64,000 nucleotides of DNA from Octopus sinensis. Lineage: Eukaryota. Position numbers and translations under genes: made by a program. The stretch's first letter is position 1. Every line of letters starts with the position of its first letter. Below are positions 39,683 through 52,089 of the stretch, piece after piece. The notes under the pieces were generated by a model that made no database searches, was not told the DNA's origin, and was given only the letters and a program-made list of their open reading frames with translations. The stretch is taken from contig NC_043011.1 of assembly GCF_006345805.1 (NCBI RefSeq), positions 53,084,464 through 53,148,463 on the forward strand, in the 5' to 3' direction.

Positions 39683-40248
39683 TTGGGTTGTCCGGAAAGT
39701 TCGTGACAATTTATAGTAACTTACCTTTCGACTTATTTTAGAACATGGTTGAGTCCATAAAATAGGATTTTACTACACCTCCATTCAGAGCACAGTTTAA
39801 GCTATCTTTTCGTGGAAGAAGGTTTATCTTCCTATAACCTGTGTTAATTCTGTAACCCTTTAAAATGGAAGATAAGAAAGTTCATTTTCGGCACTTGATG
39901 CTTTAGGAACCAGACAAAGATTGCTGCAGTTTGGCTGGGATGTGTTACCCCACCCTCCATGTTCACCAGTTATTGCTCCTTCGGATTTCTATCTATTCAA
40001 GTCTCTGCAGAATAGTCTTAATGGTAAAAATTTCAATTCCTTGGATGACGTAAGAAGATACCTTGATGAATTCTTTGCCATGAAACCACCTCAGTTCTGG
40101 GAAGAGGGTATTTTCAAGTTAAAGGAAAGATGGAGACGCATTGTGCAACAAAATGGTTCATATCTGGTTGATTAAAAATGTAATGGCAAGTATTTATTGA
40201 TCTTTTTTTTTCCTTTAAAAATCGGCATGAACTTTCCGGACAACCCAA
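39683..40248 (+). mobile_element. Internally deleted mariner transposon (566 bp)
   Basis: TIRs ttgggttgtccggaaagttc (20 bp perfect), TA TSD both sides; MEDKKVHFRHLML start at 39865 fused to LQFGWDVLPHPPCSPVIAPSDFYLF...NGSYLVD* (to 40175). Confidence 0.95.
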
Positions 40249-40264
40249 TACATATATGGCACTT

Positions 40265-40545
40265 CGTTGGTTACAACATTGAGGGTCCCAGTTGATCTGA
40301 TCAATGGAGCAACCTGCTCATGAAATTAGCATGCAAGTGGCTGAGTACTCCACCGACACATGTACCCTTAACATAGTTCTCAGGGAGATTCAGTATTACA
40401 CAGAATGTGACAAGGTTGTCCCTTTGAATTACAGGTGCTACTCATTTTTGCCATCTCAGTGGACTGGAGCAACGTGAGATGAAGTGTCTTGCTTAAGGAC
40501 ACAACATGTTGCCAGGAATTGAACTCATGATCTACGACTGTGAGT
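40265..40545 (-). mobile_element. SINE family D
   Basis: Reverse of gagttcaattcctggcaacatgttgtgtccttaagcaagacac...ctccagtccactg. Confidence 0.8.
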
Positions 40546-41118
40546 TAAAATGGAGGTTATTTGATTATTTTGACCCCAGTTTTTGCTTGGTACTTTATTT
40601 TATTGACTCCCACCCTAAATGTACGAAAGTCAAAGTTGACCTCAGCAGGATTTGAAATCAGAATGTAAAGATCTAGGACAAAATTCTGCATGGCATTTTT
40701 TCCATTGCTCTAATCACCCCACCAATCTACCATTCTTAATCACATAGACATAACGCCGACCAATATTTTAGTATATCTAGGACAACATTTTTCAACATGT
40801 ACTTTGTCCTTCTGTTTCTAAGATGCCGAGGTGTAATTTTGAGAAATATTTGGCTGCTATTTCTTGCTGAATTTAGCCTCTCGATTGAATCATCTTCTGC
40901 CTTGGTAAACAGGCTGTCAGTGTCAGCTGGAAGATTCTAAATGCTGCCATCAATTTTCTTGTTATTCTAATTCTGATATCATTTCAATTATAACAACAGA
41001 CATTAAAACTTGTTAAAGTTACGGTTAATATACTTATTATATGTAACATTTTATAGCTTTCACATCTGTCTTCATTTCTATTGTATTGGATCTAATACAA
41101 TATGATATAATATAATAT

Positions 41119-41175
<57 letters not shown>

Positions 41176-41264
41176 AATGCATTGTGTATCTATATAATAA
41201 TATACCTGGCAGATGTTCCTATGAAAGAAACTATAAAACAATCATTATGATCATAAAAGAAGTC

Positions 41265-41460
41265 ATTATCATCATCTTCATCCTTATCCAAGACCACCAC
41301 CACCGCCATCACCACCACCATTACCACCACTGTCATTATCACAACATACCACAGCAGCAACAGTACTACCACCACTATCACTACAACCACCACCAACACC
41401 ACCACCACCACCATCATCATCACAACCAACCACAGCACCACCACCACTGACATCATCACA
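41265..41460. repeat. (CAC/CAT)n degenerate array
   Basis: Direct inspection. Confidence 0.9.
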
Positions 41461-41478
41461 GCCAGCTACAGAAATACC

Positions 41479-41636
41479 TATTTCTTTACTACCCACAAGG
41501 GGTTAAACACAGAAGGGACAAACAAGGACAGACACACGGATTAAGTCGATTACATTGTCCCCAGTGCGTAACTGGTACTTATTTAATCGACCCCGAAAGG
41601 ATGAAAGGCAAAGTTGACCTCGGCGGAATTTGAAGT
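41479..41636 (-). mobile_element. SINE family A1, 5'-truncated
   Basis: 15-bp TSD agctacagaaatacc 41464-41478 / 41637-41651. Confidence 0.92.
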
Positions 41637-41721
41637 AGCTACAGAAATACCAGCACCAGCACCAGCACCACCTCCATCACTATCACCACCATCATCATCA
41701 TCGTCATCGTCATCATCATCA

Positions 41722-41920
41722 TCGTCATCCAGTAGTCTTTTGTTGTGTGCTTTTAGTAAACTATCAAGCACATCTCTGTGTGCCTTGTGCTTATCTGCAA
41801 TGTTTTTTTTTGTCTTGGGTTTTGTCCTTATATTAAAAGTGCCCTACATTAATATGTGTGCCGTGGCAAGTGTTCTTTTCTGTTGGTTGTTCAGTTTTGT
41901 AATTCCTGTGGTCTTAATTA
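41722..41920. repeat. Dispersed ~190-bp repeat abutting a (CAT)n array
   Basis: Collinear with 46910-47100 (ctatcaagcaca.ctct.tgtgccttgtgctt...gtggcaagtg...ttcagttttgtaa). Confidence 0.8.
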
Positions 41921-42059
41921 TATGTTTGTATGTTTTTTTAAAAATTATTCTCAAAGTACCTATTATTCTAATGATTGATTCTGTTTTCAGCCTCCAAAGT
42001 CAGATTAGATCTATTTCCAGTTTTGTATATTATTAGCATAAGTTCTCCATTTCTTTGAA

Positions 42060-42445
42060 ATCAAACCAAAATCAAACCAAATCAAAATAGATGAACATCA
42101 ATGGAATTTGTATCTTTGTGGTACCAGTGCCGGTGGCACATAAGAAAACCATCTGAACGTGGCTGTAGCCAGTACCGCATCGACTGGCCTCCGCGCTGTG
42201 GGCATGTAACAAACACCATCCGATCGTGGCCGTTTGCCAGCCTCATCTGGCACCTGTGTCGGTGGCACATAAAATCACCCACTACACTCTCGGAGTGGTT
42301 GGCGTTAGGAAGGGCATCCAGCTGTAGAAACACTGCCAGATCTGACTGGCCTGGTGCAGCCTTCGGGCTCCCCAGACCCCAGTTGAACCGTCCAACCCAT
42401 GCTAGCATGGAAAGTGGACGTTAAACGATGATGATGATGATGATG
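42060..42445 (+). mobile_element. RTE LINE 3' UTR copy (family C)
   Basis: Same sub-variant as 19308-19735 (aaatagatgaacatcaatggaatttgtatctttgtggtacc). Confidence 0.92.
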
Positions 42446-42479
42446 TACATTATCAACAGTTTGGACTGATGCTTCAGTG

Positions 42480-42590
42480 AGAAAGCACTTTTTTCTTGAT
42501 TGTCCATGATAACAGTATCTGGTTGGTTAGCCTTGATTTTCCTATCTTTGTGTATTGGCATATCCCAGACCATAATTGTTTTGCTGTTGT
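42480..42590 (-). pseudogene. R4/Dong-like (R2 superfamily) non-LTR restriction-like endonuclease fragment
   Basis: VWDMPIHKDRKIKANQPDTVIMDNQEK resembles LWD.PI.TD..I.ANRPDIVV.D. Confidence 0.7.
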
Positions 42591-42849
42591 CAACATCATC
42601 ATCGTGGTCAATATCATCATTGTCAACATCATCATTATATTTGACTTTCATGGTGTGAAAATATTTCCCTTCTCTCTTCATGATGCAATTTATTCAATCA
42701 TTGCCAAATGGAATTTTCTTTTGATTACTTGTAAAAATTAACTGTAATTACCCAAGGAAAGATTGTTCTTAATAACAAGTGTATGAAGGGATGCTGAAAA
42801 GGTCCTGACTTTGGGTGAAAAAAAAAAATTCAGGAGCATCAGTTACTCT

Positions 42850-43262
42850 TTTACTTATTTATTTGTTTCAGTCATGTGACTGCGGCCGTACTGGAGCACC
42901 ACCTTTAGTCGAGCAAATCGACCCCAGGACTTATTCTTTGTAAGCCTAGTACTTATTCTATTGGACTCTTTTGCCAAACAGCTAAGTTACAGGGATGTAA
43001 ACACACTAGAATCGGTTGTCAAGCGATGTTTGGGGGACAAACGCAGACACACAAACATACACACACACATACACACACATACACACACTCACGCACATAT
43101 ATATATATGACGGGCTTCTTTCAGTTTCTGTGTACCAAATCCACTTGCAAGGCTTTTTTCAGCCTGAGGCTATAGTTGAAGATACTTGCCCAAGGTATCA
43201 TGCAGTGGGGACTGAACCCGGAACCATGTGGTTCGTAAGCAAGCTACTGACCATACAGCCAC
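42850..43262 (-). mobile_element. SINE family B, full length
   Basis: Tail, core and head in reverse. Confidence 0.9.
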
Positions 43263-43265
43263 TTA

Positions 43266-43311
<46 letters not shown>

Positions 43312-43354
43312 CATTATTATTATTATTATCATCATCATCATCATCATCATTATT

Positions 43355-43404
<50 letters not shown>

Positions 43405-43426
43405 CATTATTATTATTATTATTATT

Positions 43427-43470
<44 letters not shown>

Positions 43471-43630
43471 TATTATATTATTATTATTATTATTATTATT
43501 ATATCATCATCATCATTATTATTATTATATTATTATTATTATTATTATATTATTATTATTATTATCATTATTATTATATTATCATTATCATTATTATTAT
43601 TACTATTATTATTATTATTATTATTAATAT
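43263..43630. repeat. (ATT)n/(CAT)n array
   Basis: Direct inspection. Confidence 0.95.
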
Positions 43631-43825
43631 TGCCTTTCATCCTACAAGGGTCAATGAAATAAAGCACCATTCAGGTACTGTGGGGTGAATTAAGCAACCC
43701 TGCCTTCCCCACCAAATATGAGGCCTTGTAACATAAATTAGAAACAATTATGAAGGTAGTGAACTGACAGAATAGTTACTGTGATGGTCAAACTGCTTTG
43801 CTGCATTTCGTCTGTCTATATGTTC

Positions 43826-43995
43826 ATCATCATCATCATCATCATCGTTTAACGTCCGTTCTCCATGCTAGCATGGGTTGGACGGTTCGACCAAGGATCT
43901 GGGAAGCCAGAAGGTTGCACCAGGCTCCAGTCTGATCTGGCAGTGTTTCTACAGATGGATGCCCTTCCTAACGCCAACCACTCCGTGAGTGTAGT
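43826..43995 (-). mobile_element. RTE LINE 3'-end copy (family C)
   Basis: (cat)n + tail to ccactccgtgagtgtag. Confidence 0.9.
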
Positions 43996-43996
43996 T

Positions 43997-44365
43997 CTAT
44001 GTTGAAATTCCGCCGAAGTCGACTTTGCCTTTCATCCTTTCGGGGTCGATAAATTAAGTACCAGTTACGTACTGGGGTTGATGTAATCGGCTTAATACCT
44101 TTGTCTGTCCTTGTTTGTCCCCTGTATGTTTAGCCCCTTGTGGGCAATAAAGAAATAAGAATCGGTACCACACTGGACAAAATGCTTAGCAGCATTTCGT
44201 TTGTCTTCACCTTTCTGAGTTCAAATTCTGCTGAGGTCAGCTTTGCTTTTCACCCTTACAGGTTCGATAAAATAAGAACCACTTGAACCCTGTGATCAAT
44301 GTAATTGATTAACACACTTCCCCAAAATTGCTGGCCTTGTGCCAAAATTTGAGACCCTTATTATT
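43997..44365 (+). mobile_element. SINE family A1 (5'-truncated) followed by an A2 copy
   Basis: A1 tail aaagaaata continues into agaatcgg...aaatgcttagcagcatttcg head remnant and ccttgtgccaaaatttgag tail. Confidence 0.8.
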
Positions 44366-45251
44366 AATGAGTTGTTGATGGTGGAAATGGTAAAAGCATA
44401 GAATAAATTTCCTGTGATATTTAGAAATGTCTTTGAGTTCAAATCCTACCAGGGTGAAGTTTGCCTTTCATCTTTTCAGAATCAATGAAATAAATACAAT
44501 TCATGTACAGGATTTACATAACAGACTATACAACTCCAACCAACCAAATTTGTGGCTTTGTGTATGTGTTAGAAATCATCATCATCCTCATCATCATCAT
44601 CGTTGTCGTCATCATCATCATCATCATCATTAGCAGCTTCTACACTATTATTGCTACTACAAAGAGAGACCATTCAGTACATCCCGACATTGATTTTGTT
44701 TGATAGAAACCCAAGCAGTCATTAAATATTGTTAATCTGTAAAAGAAAAAGAAAAATATGCTTCTGTAGAAGCTGGAAACTTTAATTAAACAGATCAAAG
44801 TAAACGTTATACCATGTCTTCAGCTCCGCGAAAACTAACTAATGTGTAATGTATAAGGTTGGTCATGTTATTCGGTACATGAGATGTGTGAATTGCAATG
44901 CATTGATAGGGTGGAAGAGGTGAAACAGTACTTGAAACGGCTTGTTAGGGATGGATTGATGGAATATATAGTACTGACTTTTATCTAAACAACGGTAAAT
45001 AAGTTGCTTTTAGTGTTAGGTAGCAGTAAATTGTTTTGCTACAGAGTCTCATCATTATTCAATGTCCACTTTTCCATCCTTGCATGTGTTGGACTGAATT
45101 TGTTAAGATGGATTTTTTGTGGCTGGATGTGCTTCCTCCTGTTACTAACCCTTGCTTATTTCCAAGTTAAAGTAATATTTCTTTATGATCAGGCATGGAG
45201 GGACAAGCACAGACACACATACATACATACATACATACATACATACATACA

Positions 45252-45285
<34 letters not shown>

Positions 45286-45304
45286 CGACAGGCTTTTTTT
45301 TTCT

Positions 45305-45514
45305 CTCTTTTTATTTGTTTCAGTCATTTGACTGTGGCCATGCTGGAGCACTGCCTTTTAGTCGAGAAAATCAACCCCAGGACTTATTCTTTGTAAGTCT
45401 ATTCTATTAGTCTCTATTGCCGAACTGCTAAGTTATGTGGACATAAACACACCAGCATCGGTTGTCAAGCAAAGTTGGTGGTACAAAGACAGACACACAA
45501 ACACATATATATAC

Positions 45515-45550
<36 letters not shown>

Positions 45551-45712
45551 CAGGCTTCTTTCAGTTTCCATCTACCAAATCCACTCACAAGGCTTTGGTT
45601 GGCCCGAGGCTATAGTAGAAGACACGTGCCAAAGGTGCCTATGCAGTGGGACTGAACCCGGAACCATGTGGTTGGTAAGCAAGCTACTCACCACACAGCC
45701 ACTCCTGCACCT
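45305..45712 (-). mobile_element. SINE family B, full length
   Basis: Tail, core and head in reverse. Confidence 0.9.
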
Positions 45713-46419
45713 ATGATAAGTAACATTTACAGGGATTGATGTAATTGACTTAACCCCTGCCGAGAACCTGCTAGCCATGTGGCCAAAATTTGAAGCCATT
45801 ATTATTGTATCTCTTTTAACTTCCTGCAAGGTGGTTGCTTGAGACCTGTTCTATTACTGCTTTGTTGCTGCTTTGTTGGGAGTGTCTTCTAATAAATCAA
45901 CAACAATAATAGCATCAATAACAGCAAATCATTCACTTCACACTAATTCAGACACAAAAGGAAACACATCAAAAATAATTGTTTCTGTTTTATTTTATTT
46001 TATTTTATTTTATGTAATTTTATTTTATTTCATTTTCCTCTGTGTGTTCTGTCACACTAACAATAACGCAGTCACTTGTGTTTAATAAGCACCATATTTT
46101 AAGGGGTAAACCATTGTCTGGCTCGCTCGTAAACAAAAATATTAAATTACTGAAATTATAATGATAATTTATCTGGCAAAAACAAAAATATTGAGTTATT
46201 ACTGAGGAAACACAAAATGTCAAACCATTTCTCTGTTAATCAGTTTGTCTCTAAAAAATACGGTAACTGAATTATTTAGCAACCCAGCAAAAGGGCAGAT
46301 GTAACATTGGATGGCTTTTGTTTGTCGGTTCCGAAATATTAAACCAATTTCTGGTCATTCTAAACTGGAAGATAATCTGAAACAATAATTGTGGATTAGA
46401 TTACAAGGTCACGAGGTAT

Positions 46420-46770
46420 CATTGTTGTTGTTGTTGTTGTTGTTGTTGTGGTCATTGTTATTGCTGTCATCATTCTCTCCTTCCTGTCTTCCATTCTCTC
46501 TCTCTCTCCTGTCTCCTGTCCGCCTCCTCCTCTTCCTAATCATCAATATGGTTATCATCACCACTAAAACCTTTGCTGCCACCACCACCACTGCCAGCAC
46601 CTCTACTATCATCATCATCATCATCATCATATCATCATCTTCACCACCACCACCACCATCATCATCATCACCATCCTACTCCTCCTCATTATCACCATCA
46701 CCACCACCACCACCACCATTATCATCACTATCATCATCATCATCATCATCATCATCATTATCATCACCAC

Positions 46771-46811
<41 letters not shown>

Positions 46812-46920
46812 CCACCACCACCACTGCCACAATGACGATGACGATGATGATGATGACAACGACGACCACCACCACCATTGTTGTCATCATCATCATCAGC
46901 ATCATCATCATCATCCAATA
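46420..46920. repeat. (GTT)/(CAT)/(CAC)/(GAT) compound array
   Basis: Direct inspection; explains poly-H/S/D/M ORFs. Confidence 0.92.
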
Positions 46921-47100
46921 GTTTTTTGTTGTGTGTTTTTACTAAAAAACTATCAAGCACAACTCTATGTGCCTTGTGCTTTAACTGCAGTGTTTTCTCT
47001 TGGGTTTTGTTCTTGTATTAAAAGTGTTCTTCATTAATCTGTGTGCAGTGGCAAGTGCTGTTTTCTGTATGTAGTTCAGTTTTGTAAGTCCTATGGTTTG
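46910..47100. repeat. Second copy of the dispersed ~190-bp repeat
   Basis: Collinear with 41722-41920. Confidence 0.8.
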
Positions 47101-47423
47101 AGTAAGGATGAAGATGATCACCACTACAACCACCACCACCACCACAACTACAACTCCCCTCCAAACCAACACCACCACTACCAACTTCGAATTGGTCCTT
47201 TCTTTACCCAGAACTGCAGCTCTGTCAAGGAAACGAGCTAGAGAAAAAAACAAGCCTCAGAAGTGACGTCCACACATGTTCAACATCCAGAAATTGTTGC
47301 AGGTGGCATAACCTAAGAGCATGTCTGTGTATTAGGAGCCACCTCGCACCTAATCCACCACTCAGAGGATGCTGGCAACAGACTGACTGCCTGACCATTG
47401 GAATGCGTCCCTTTCACAAGAAT

Positions 47424-48035
47424 TTAACCCTTTAGTGTTCAGATTACTCTGTTAAATGTAATATTTTTTTACTCAAATTGTTTTGAATTAATCATGCATT
47501 ATCTTATAGCTTTGAGGTTTCAATGATGTGATTGCTTATTTTTAGAATGTCAATATAGGCGCAGGAGTGGCTGTGTGGTAACCAACCACATGGTTCCGGG
47601 TTCAGTCCCACTGCGTGGAATCTTGGGCAAGTGTCTTCTACTATAGCACCGGGCCGACCAATGCCTTGTGAGTGGATTTGGTAGACGGTACTGAAAGAAG
47701 CCTGTCGTATATATGTATATATATATATGTGTGTTGTGTGTGTGTTTGTGTGTCTGTGTTTGTCCCCCTAGGATTGCTTGACAACCGATGCTGGTGTGTT
47801 TACGTCCCCGTCACTTAGCAGTTCAGCAAAAGAGACCAATAGAATAAGTACTGGGCTTACAAAGAATAAGTCCCGGGGTCGATTTGCTCGACTAAAGGCG
47901 GTGCTCCAGCATGGCCGCAGTCAAATGACTGAAACAACTAAAAGAGTAAAAGTGTAGGTTAGGTGTGAGAGGTTAGATATCACCAGTTTGAATATAAAAC
48001 ATATAGAATATTTGGGCCGGATATGGCCGGTTTAA
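47424..48035. mobile_element. piggyBac-type MITE (TTAA|CCCTTTAG end) split by a SINE-B insertion
   Basis: ttaaccctttagtgttcagatt at 47424; remainder gtgtaggttaggtgtgagagg...ggtttaaac at 47951-48030; homologous to 62110-62430 in the opposite orientation. Confidence 0.6.
47558..47950 (+). mobile_element. SINE family B, young near-consensus copy
   Basis: ggcgcaggagtggctgtgtgg (A-box), gggttcagtccc (B-box), tcttgggcaagtg core, CpG-intact tail. Confidence 0.93.
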
Positions 48036-48210
48036 ACAAGAGACACTCCAACCTGGTCAAGCAGTAACTGGGAAAAGGCACGACAGTCAGGCAATAAATG
48101 ATAACGGGGGCAAAGTAAGCATTCACCACCTCTGCCCGACCTTTCAGGCACAGCTTCCTCTCAACCCATAACAACGATGATTTAAAATTTTGACACAATG
48201 CCAGCAATTT
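48030..48210 (-). pseudogene. Tx1/L1-like LINE post-RT fragment
   Basis: WVERKLCLKGRAEVVNAYFAPVIIYCLTVVPFP resembles W..R.LSL.GR..V.N...S...Y.L.V.P.P. Confidence 0.6.
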
Positions 48211-48362
48211 TGAGATAGGGGTAAGCTGATATCATTGACCCCAGTGCTTATCATCATCATCTGAAAGGATGAAAAACAAAGTCAGCCATGAACAGCATTT
48301 GAACTCAGAATGTAAAATCAGAAGAAATGATGCTTGGAAGTATTACCACTCAGCTACCAACA

Positions 48363-48555
48363 CAGCTGGAAAAGATTGGTGCAAGTGTGAAGTTAGAACA
48401 CTTACAAAAATCAGCATTGCTTGGAAACCTGCAAGAATTCTTCGCAGGGTTCTTGAAACATGACCAGTAAATAAGTGTCACCTTAGTCTGCTGGCTGTGG
48501 ACAGCTGACACTTTCCATCATGCCAGCAAAATAAGCTGAGTTTTCATATAATGAT
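48363..48555 (+). pseudogene. R4/Dong-like LINE C-terminus and 3' UTR
   Basis: QLEKIGASVKLEHLQKSALLG / ARILRRVLET* (one frameshift; stop 48461-48463) matches LQK.ALLGTARILR.VL. Confidence 0.72.
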
Positions 48556-48561
48556 CATGAT

Positions 48562-48947
48562 GATGATCATCATCGTTTAACGTCCGTTTTCCATGCTAGC
48601 ATGGGTTGGACGGTTCAACTGGGGTCTGGGGAGCTAGTAGGCTGCACCAGGCCCAGTCTGATCTGGCAGTGTTTCTACAGCTGGATGCCCTTCCTAACGC
48701 CAACCACTCTGTGAGTGTAGTGGGTGCTTTTTATGTGCCACCTGCACAGGTGCCAGACGAGGCTGGCAAACGGCCATGATCGGATGGTGCTTTTTACGTG
48801 CCACCGGCACAGGGGCCAGAGAAGGCTGGCAATGGCCACAATTGGATCGTGCTTCTTATGTGCCACCGGCACGGAGGCCAGTCGGGGTGGCGCTGGCAAT
48901 GGCCACATTCAGATGGTTCTCTTATGTGCCACCAGCACTGGTATCAC
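48562..48947 (-). mobile_element. RTE LINE 3' UTR copy with four tandem units
   Basis: Units restart near 48724, 48787, 48849, 48915. Confidence 0.92.
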
Positions 48948-48949
48948 AA

Positions 48950-49210
48950 ATAATAATAATAATGATAATAATAATAATAATAATCCTTTCTACTATAGGC
49001 ACAAGGCCTGAAATTTTGGGAGAGGGGACCAGTCAGTTACATCAACTCCAGTGCTTAACTGGTACTTAATTTATCGACCCTGAAAGAATGAAAGAGAAAG
49101 TTGATCCCAGTGGCATTTGAACTCAGAACATGAAGACAGACTAAGCATTTTGCCCAGCATGCTAATGATTCTGCCAGCTTGCTGCCTTAATAATAATAAT
49201 AATAATAATA

Positions 49211-49248
<38 letters not shown>

Positions 49249-49481
49249 TTTTCATATTTTGCCACAAGGGCAGCAATTTGGGGGGAGGGGATTAGTCAAT
49301 TACATCAACCCCAGTGTTCAGCTGGTACTTGTTTTTATCAACTTGTTTTTATCAACCCCAAAACGATGAAAGGTAAAGTCAACCTTGGCGGAATTTGAAC
49401 TCAGAATGAAGTGACAGGCAAAATACCGCTAAGTATTTTGTCCAACATGCTAGCAATTCTGCCAGCTCACCGCCTTTAATA

Positions 49482-49546
<65 letters not shown>

Positions 49547-49548
49547 AA
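48950..49548 (-). mobile_element. Two stacked SINE A2 copies separated by (AAT)n tracts
   Basis: Copies at about 48982-49190 and 49250-49478; tracts at 48950-48982, 49190-49246, 49478-49548. Confidence 0.85.
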
Positions 49549-50506
49549 TTTCTTTTATTTTCCACCAGGGCAATGGATGAGAAGGACAATGTAAAAATTT
49601 GGGGGTTTATATATAATGCAATGATATAGAAAAAAAAATGAAAGGAAGTATATACAATAAACAAAGAAGGGAAGTATTCATAATATACAATAGAAAAAAT
49701 AATACTAATTATAATCATTGTAATAATAATAATAATGATTTAATAATACTAATAATATATGAGTTGCAGAGAAAAGTACATAGAACAGAGTATGGTAATT
49801 ATCACAATAACATAAAGTAGGTAACGTGAATGCCATTTCCTAGAATAAACATCACAAGATTAAATAGCAAAATAAGAGACACTATGTAATATGTTTAGAT
49901 AGGAGAATAAATAGGGCAGAATACATGAAATAGAGAGAAGCAGAAGAGAAATGGCATGGAACAATTAGAATTAATGAACATTAGTGTATTAGCAGCAAAT
50001 GCTGAGTATGGCTTAGGCATTAACAATCCCAGAATGCTACAGAGGGAAATATAGAAATACAATAAAAGCCACTCGTTATAATCAAAGCAAATTGGACTGA
50101 AAATTGGCAGAGTCAGTAGAGCATCGAGCGTAATGTGTTGTGGTATTTAGTGATAGCTCTTTAAGGGGGTGAACTGGTAAAATTGTTGGCATGTCTGATA
50201 AAATAATTATTAGCATTTCTTCTGGTTTTGTACATTCTGAGTTCGTATTCTGCCAAGGTTGACTTTGCCTTTCTTTCATCCTTTTGGTGGGTTGAAGAAA
50301 TAAGTATCTGTCATGTACTGGAGTCAATGTAATCGTCTTGACACCTCTCCCCTCAAATTTGCTGGCCTTGTGCCAAAATTAGAAAGGGAAATATTTAGCT
50401 GTAACCTTTTATGTTATGAATTCAAACCAGGTCCATATTTTCCGGCTGTGCTAGGTGTGTGCTGCACGCTCATCGAAAATGGCAAAATCCTTAAAAATAT
50501 AAAATA

Positions 50507-50905
50507 GGCGCAGGAGTTGCTGTGTGGTCAGTGGCTTGCTTACCAACCACATGGTTCCGAGTTCATTCCCACTGCGTGGCACCTTGTGCAAGTGTCTTCC
50601 ACTATAGCCTTGGGCTGACCAAAGCCTTGTGAGTGGATTTGGTAGATGGAAACTGAAAGAAGCCTGTCATATATATATATGTATATATATATATGTGTTT
50701 GTGTGTCTGTCTTTGTCCCACCAACTTTGCTTGACAACCGATGCTGGTGTGTTTATGTCCACATAACTTAGCAGTTCGGCAATAGAGATCGATAGAATAA
50801 GTACTAGGTTTACAAAGAATAAGTCCTGGGGTTGATTTTCTCGACTAAAAGGCAGTGCTCCAGCATGGTCACAGTCAAATGACTGAAACAAATAAAAAGA
50901 GAGAA
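50507..50905 (+). mobile_element. SINE family B, full length
   Basis: Head ggcgcaggagttgctgtgtgg, core and tail. Confidence 0.92.
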
Positions 50906-50932
50906 AAAAAAAGAGTATTATCCTTGCTCCAA

Positions 50933-51153
50933 CCCTTTCGTTACTGTATTTATTTTGATATGTTCTGTGTTTCTCCCAATTATTTTAGATATAACAAAGA
51001 ATTTTGTAAAATAACTTAGTTATCATTAAGCTAGAGTTAGGAACAGTATTTGTGACTAAGGTTTGGTGGAAGATTTTGATTAAAAACTTATGAAAACAAG
51101 ATATTTGTACTACAGAGCCAGAGCTGGTTTCAGCCGGGTTGGTAACGAAAGGG
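50933..51153. mobile_element. piggyBac-type MITE (221 bp)
   Basis: TIR ccctttcgttac / gtaacgaaaggg; TTAA at right (51154-51157), ccaa at left. Confidence 0.75.
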
Positions 51154-52089
51154 TTAAATTTAATCACAAATCTTAATGGAAAACTTTTGTTATATCCCTG
51201 CTTGAAATTTGGTGGCATTAGGTGTGGCAGCAGACCCAATACAACAACCACCATATGCCACTGGTTCAAACCTTGCTGAGCCAAATTATCATTTACGATT
51301 TCAGGATTGAGAAAACAAAGTACTAGTGAAGTGCTGGGTTTGATTTAATTGACCGACTCCCTTCCTCCAAAATTTGTTATCTTGTACTTATGTGAGAAAA
51401 GATTATGATTAAAGAAAATGTTATCAACCAGTTGTTATTTAAATTAGTGAGTCCCAAATTCTTTCTTTGCTTGATCTTATCAGCTGGTTATTGTTATCAG
51501 CCAGGTATTGTTACTGTAAAGGCTTCGTCCCAAAGCGATCACAATAAATGGCTTGCACTTTATTTGAAAAGACTCCGAAGATTGAATGTCTGTCCATAAA
51601 GGAATGTCAGTAGATCATTTAACATCTTTCATTAAGGAATTACATTGACTAAATGACTAAAAGTTTTATAGCAGATGAGATGTTCCGGAATCTTCCTTTT
51701 GTCTTGCCATCTGAATTAACAGTTCCGTGGTTTAGGAGCAATATTGAAATGAGTCTGTCAAGTTCAGATGTCAAAGGTAGCAAGTGTCAATCATGACATG
51801 CTATCAATTTAGGGACTTTGTGCAGCTTGGATTTAATATGTCTTACTTTCTTTGTTTCTTTCTTTCGCTTCATTCTTTTCTTCATTTCAGAGAGAATTCT
51901 TTTATAAATCTCTTGGTTCCATTGATTATCTCACATTCTTCCCATTTTCCGTTGGTTTATCTCCATAAAATAGAAATTCAGGCAAACATTTCTGAAAGCT
52001 TGATTCCCAAGTGTCTTTATTTTGAAGCCAGTTTATTGTTGTTCAGTATGGCTGGATAGAAAAGAGGGAAGAGAGGGAGTAAATGAAAA

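Noticed and set aside
44660-44850. Strong minus-strand splice-acceptor-like tttttctttttcttttacag with a short downstream frame (LTIFNDCLGFYQNKINVGMY*)
   Set aside because: No recognisable homology, no convincing donor or partner exon; needs RNA-seq
48724-48947. Repeat-spacer appearance of RTE UTR units (and the 118-bp triplet at 9017)
   Set aside because: The 'spacers' are homologous to each other, the context is eukaryotic, and there are no cas genes; not CRISPR
51675-51790. Possible + strand exon (DEMFRNLPFVLPSELTVPWFRSNIEMSLSSSDVK)
   Set aside because: Short open frame, weak donor, no recognised protein
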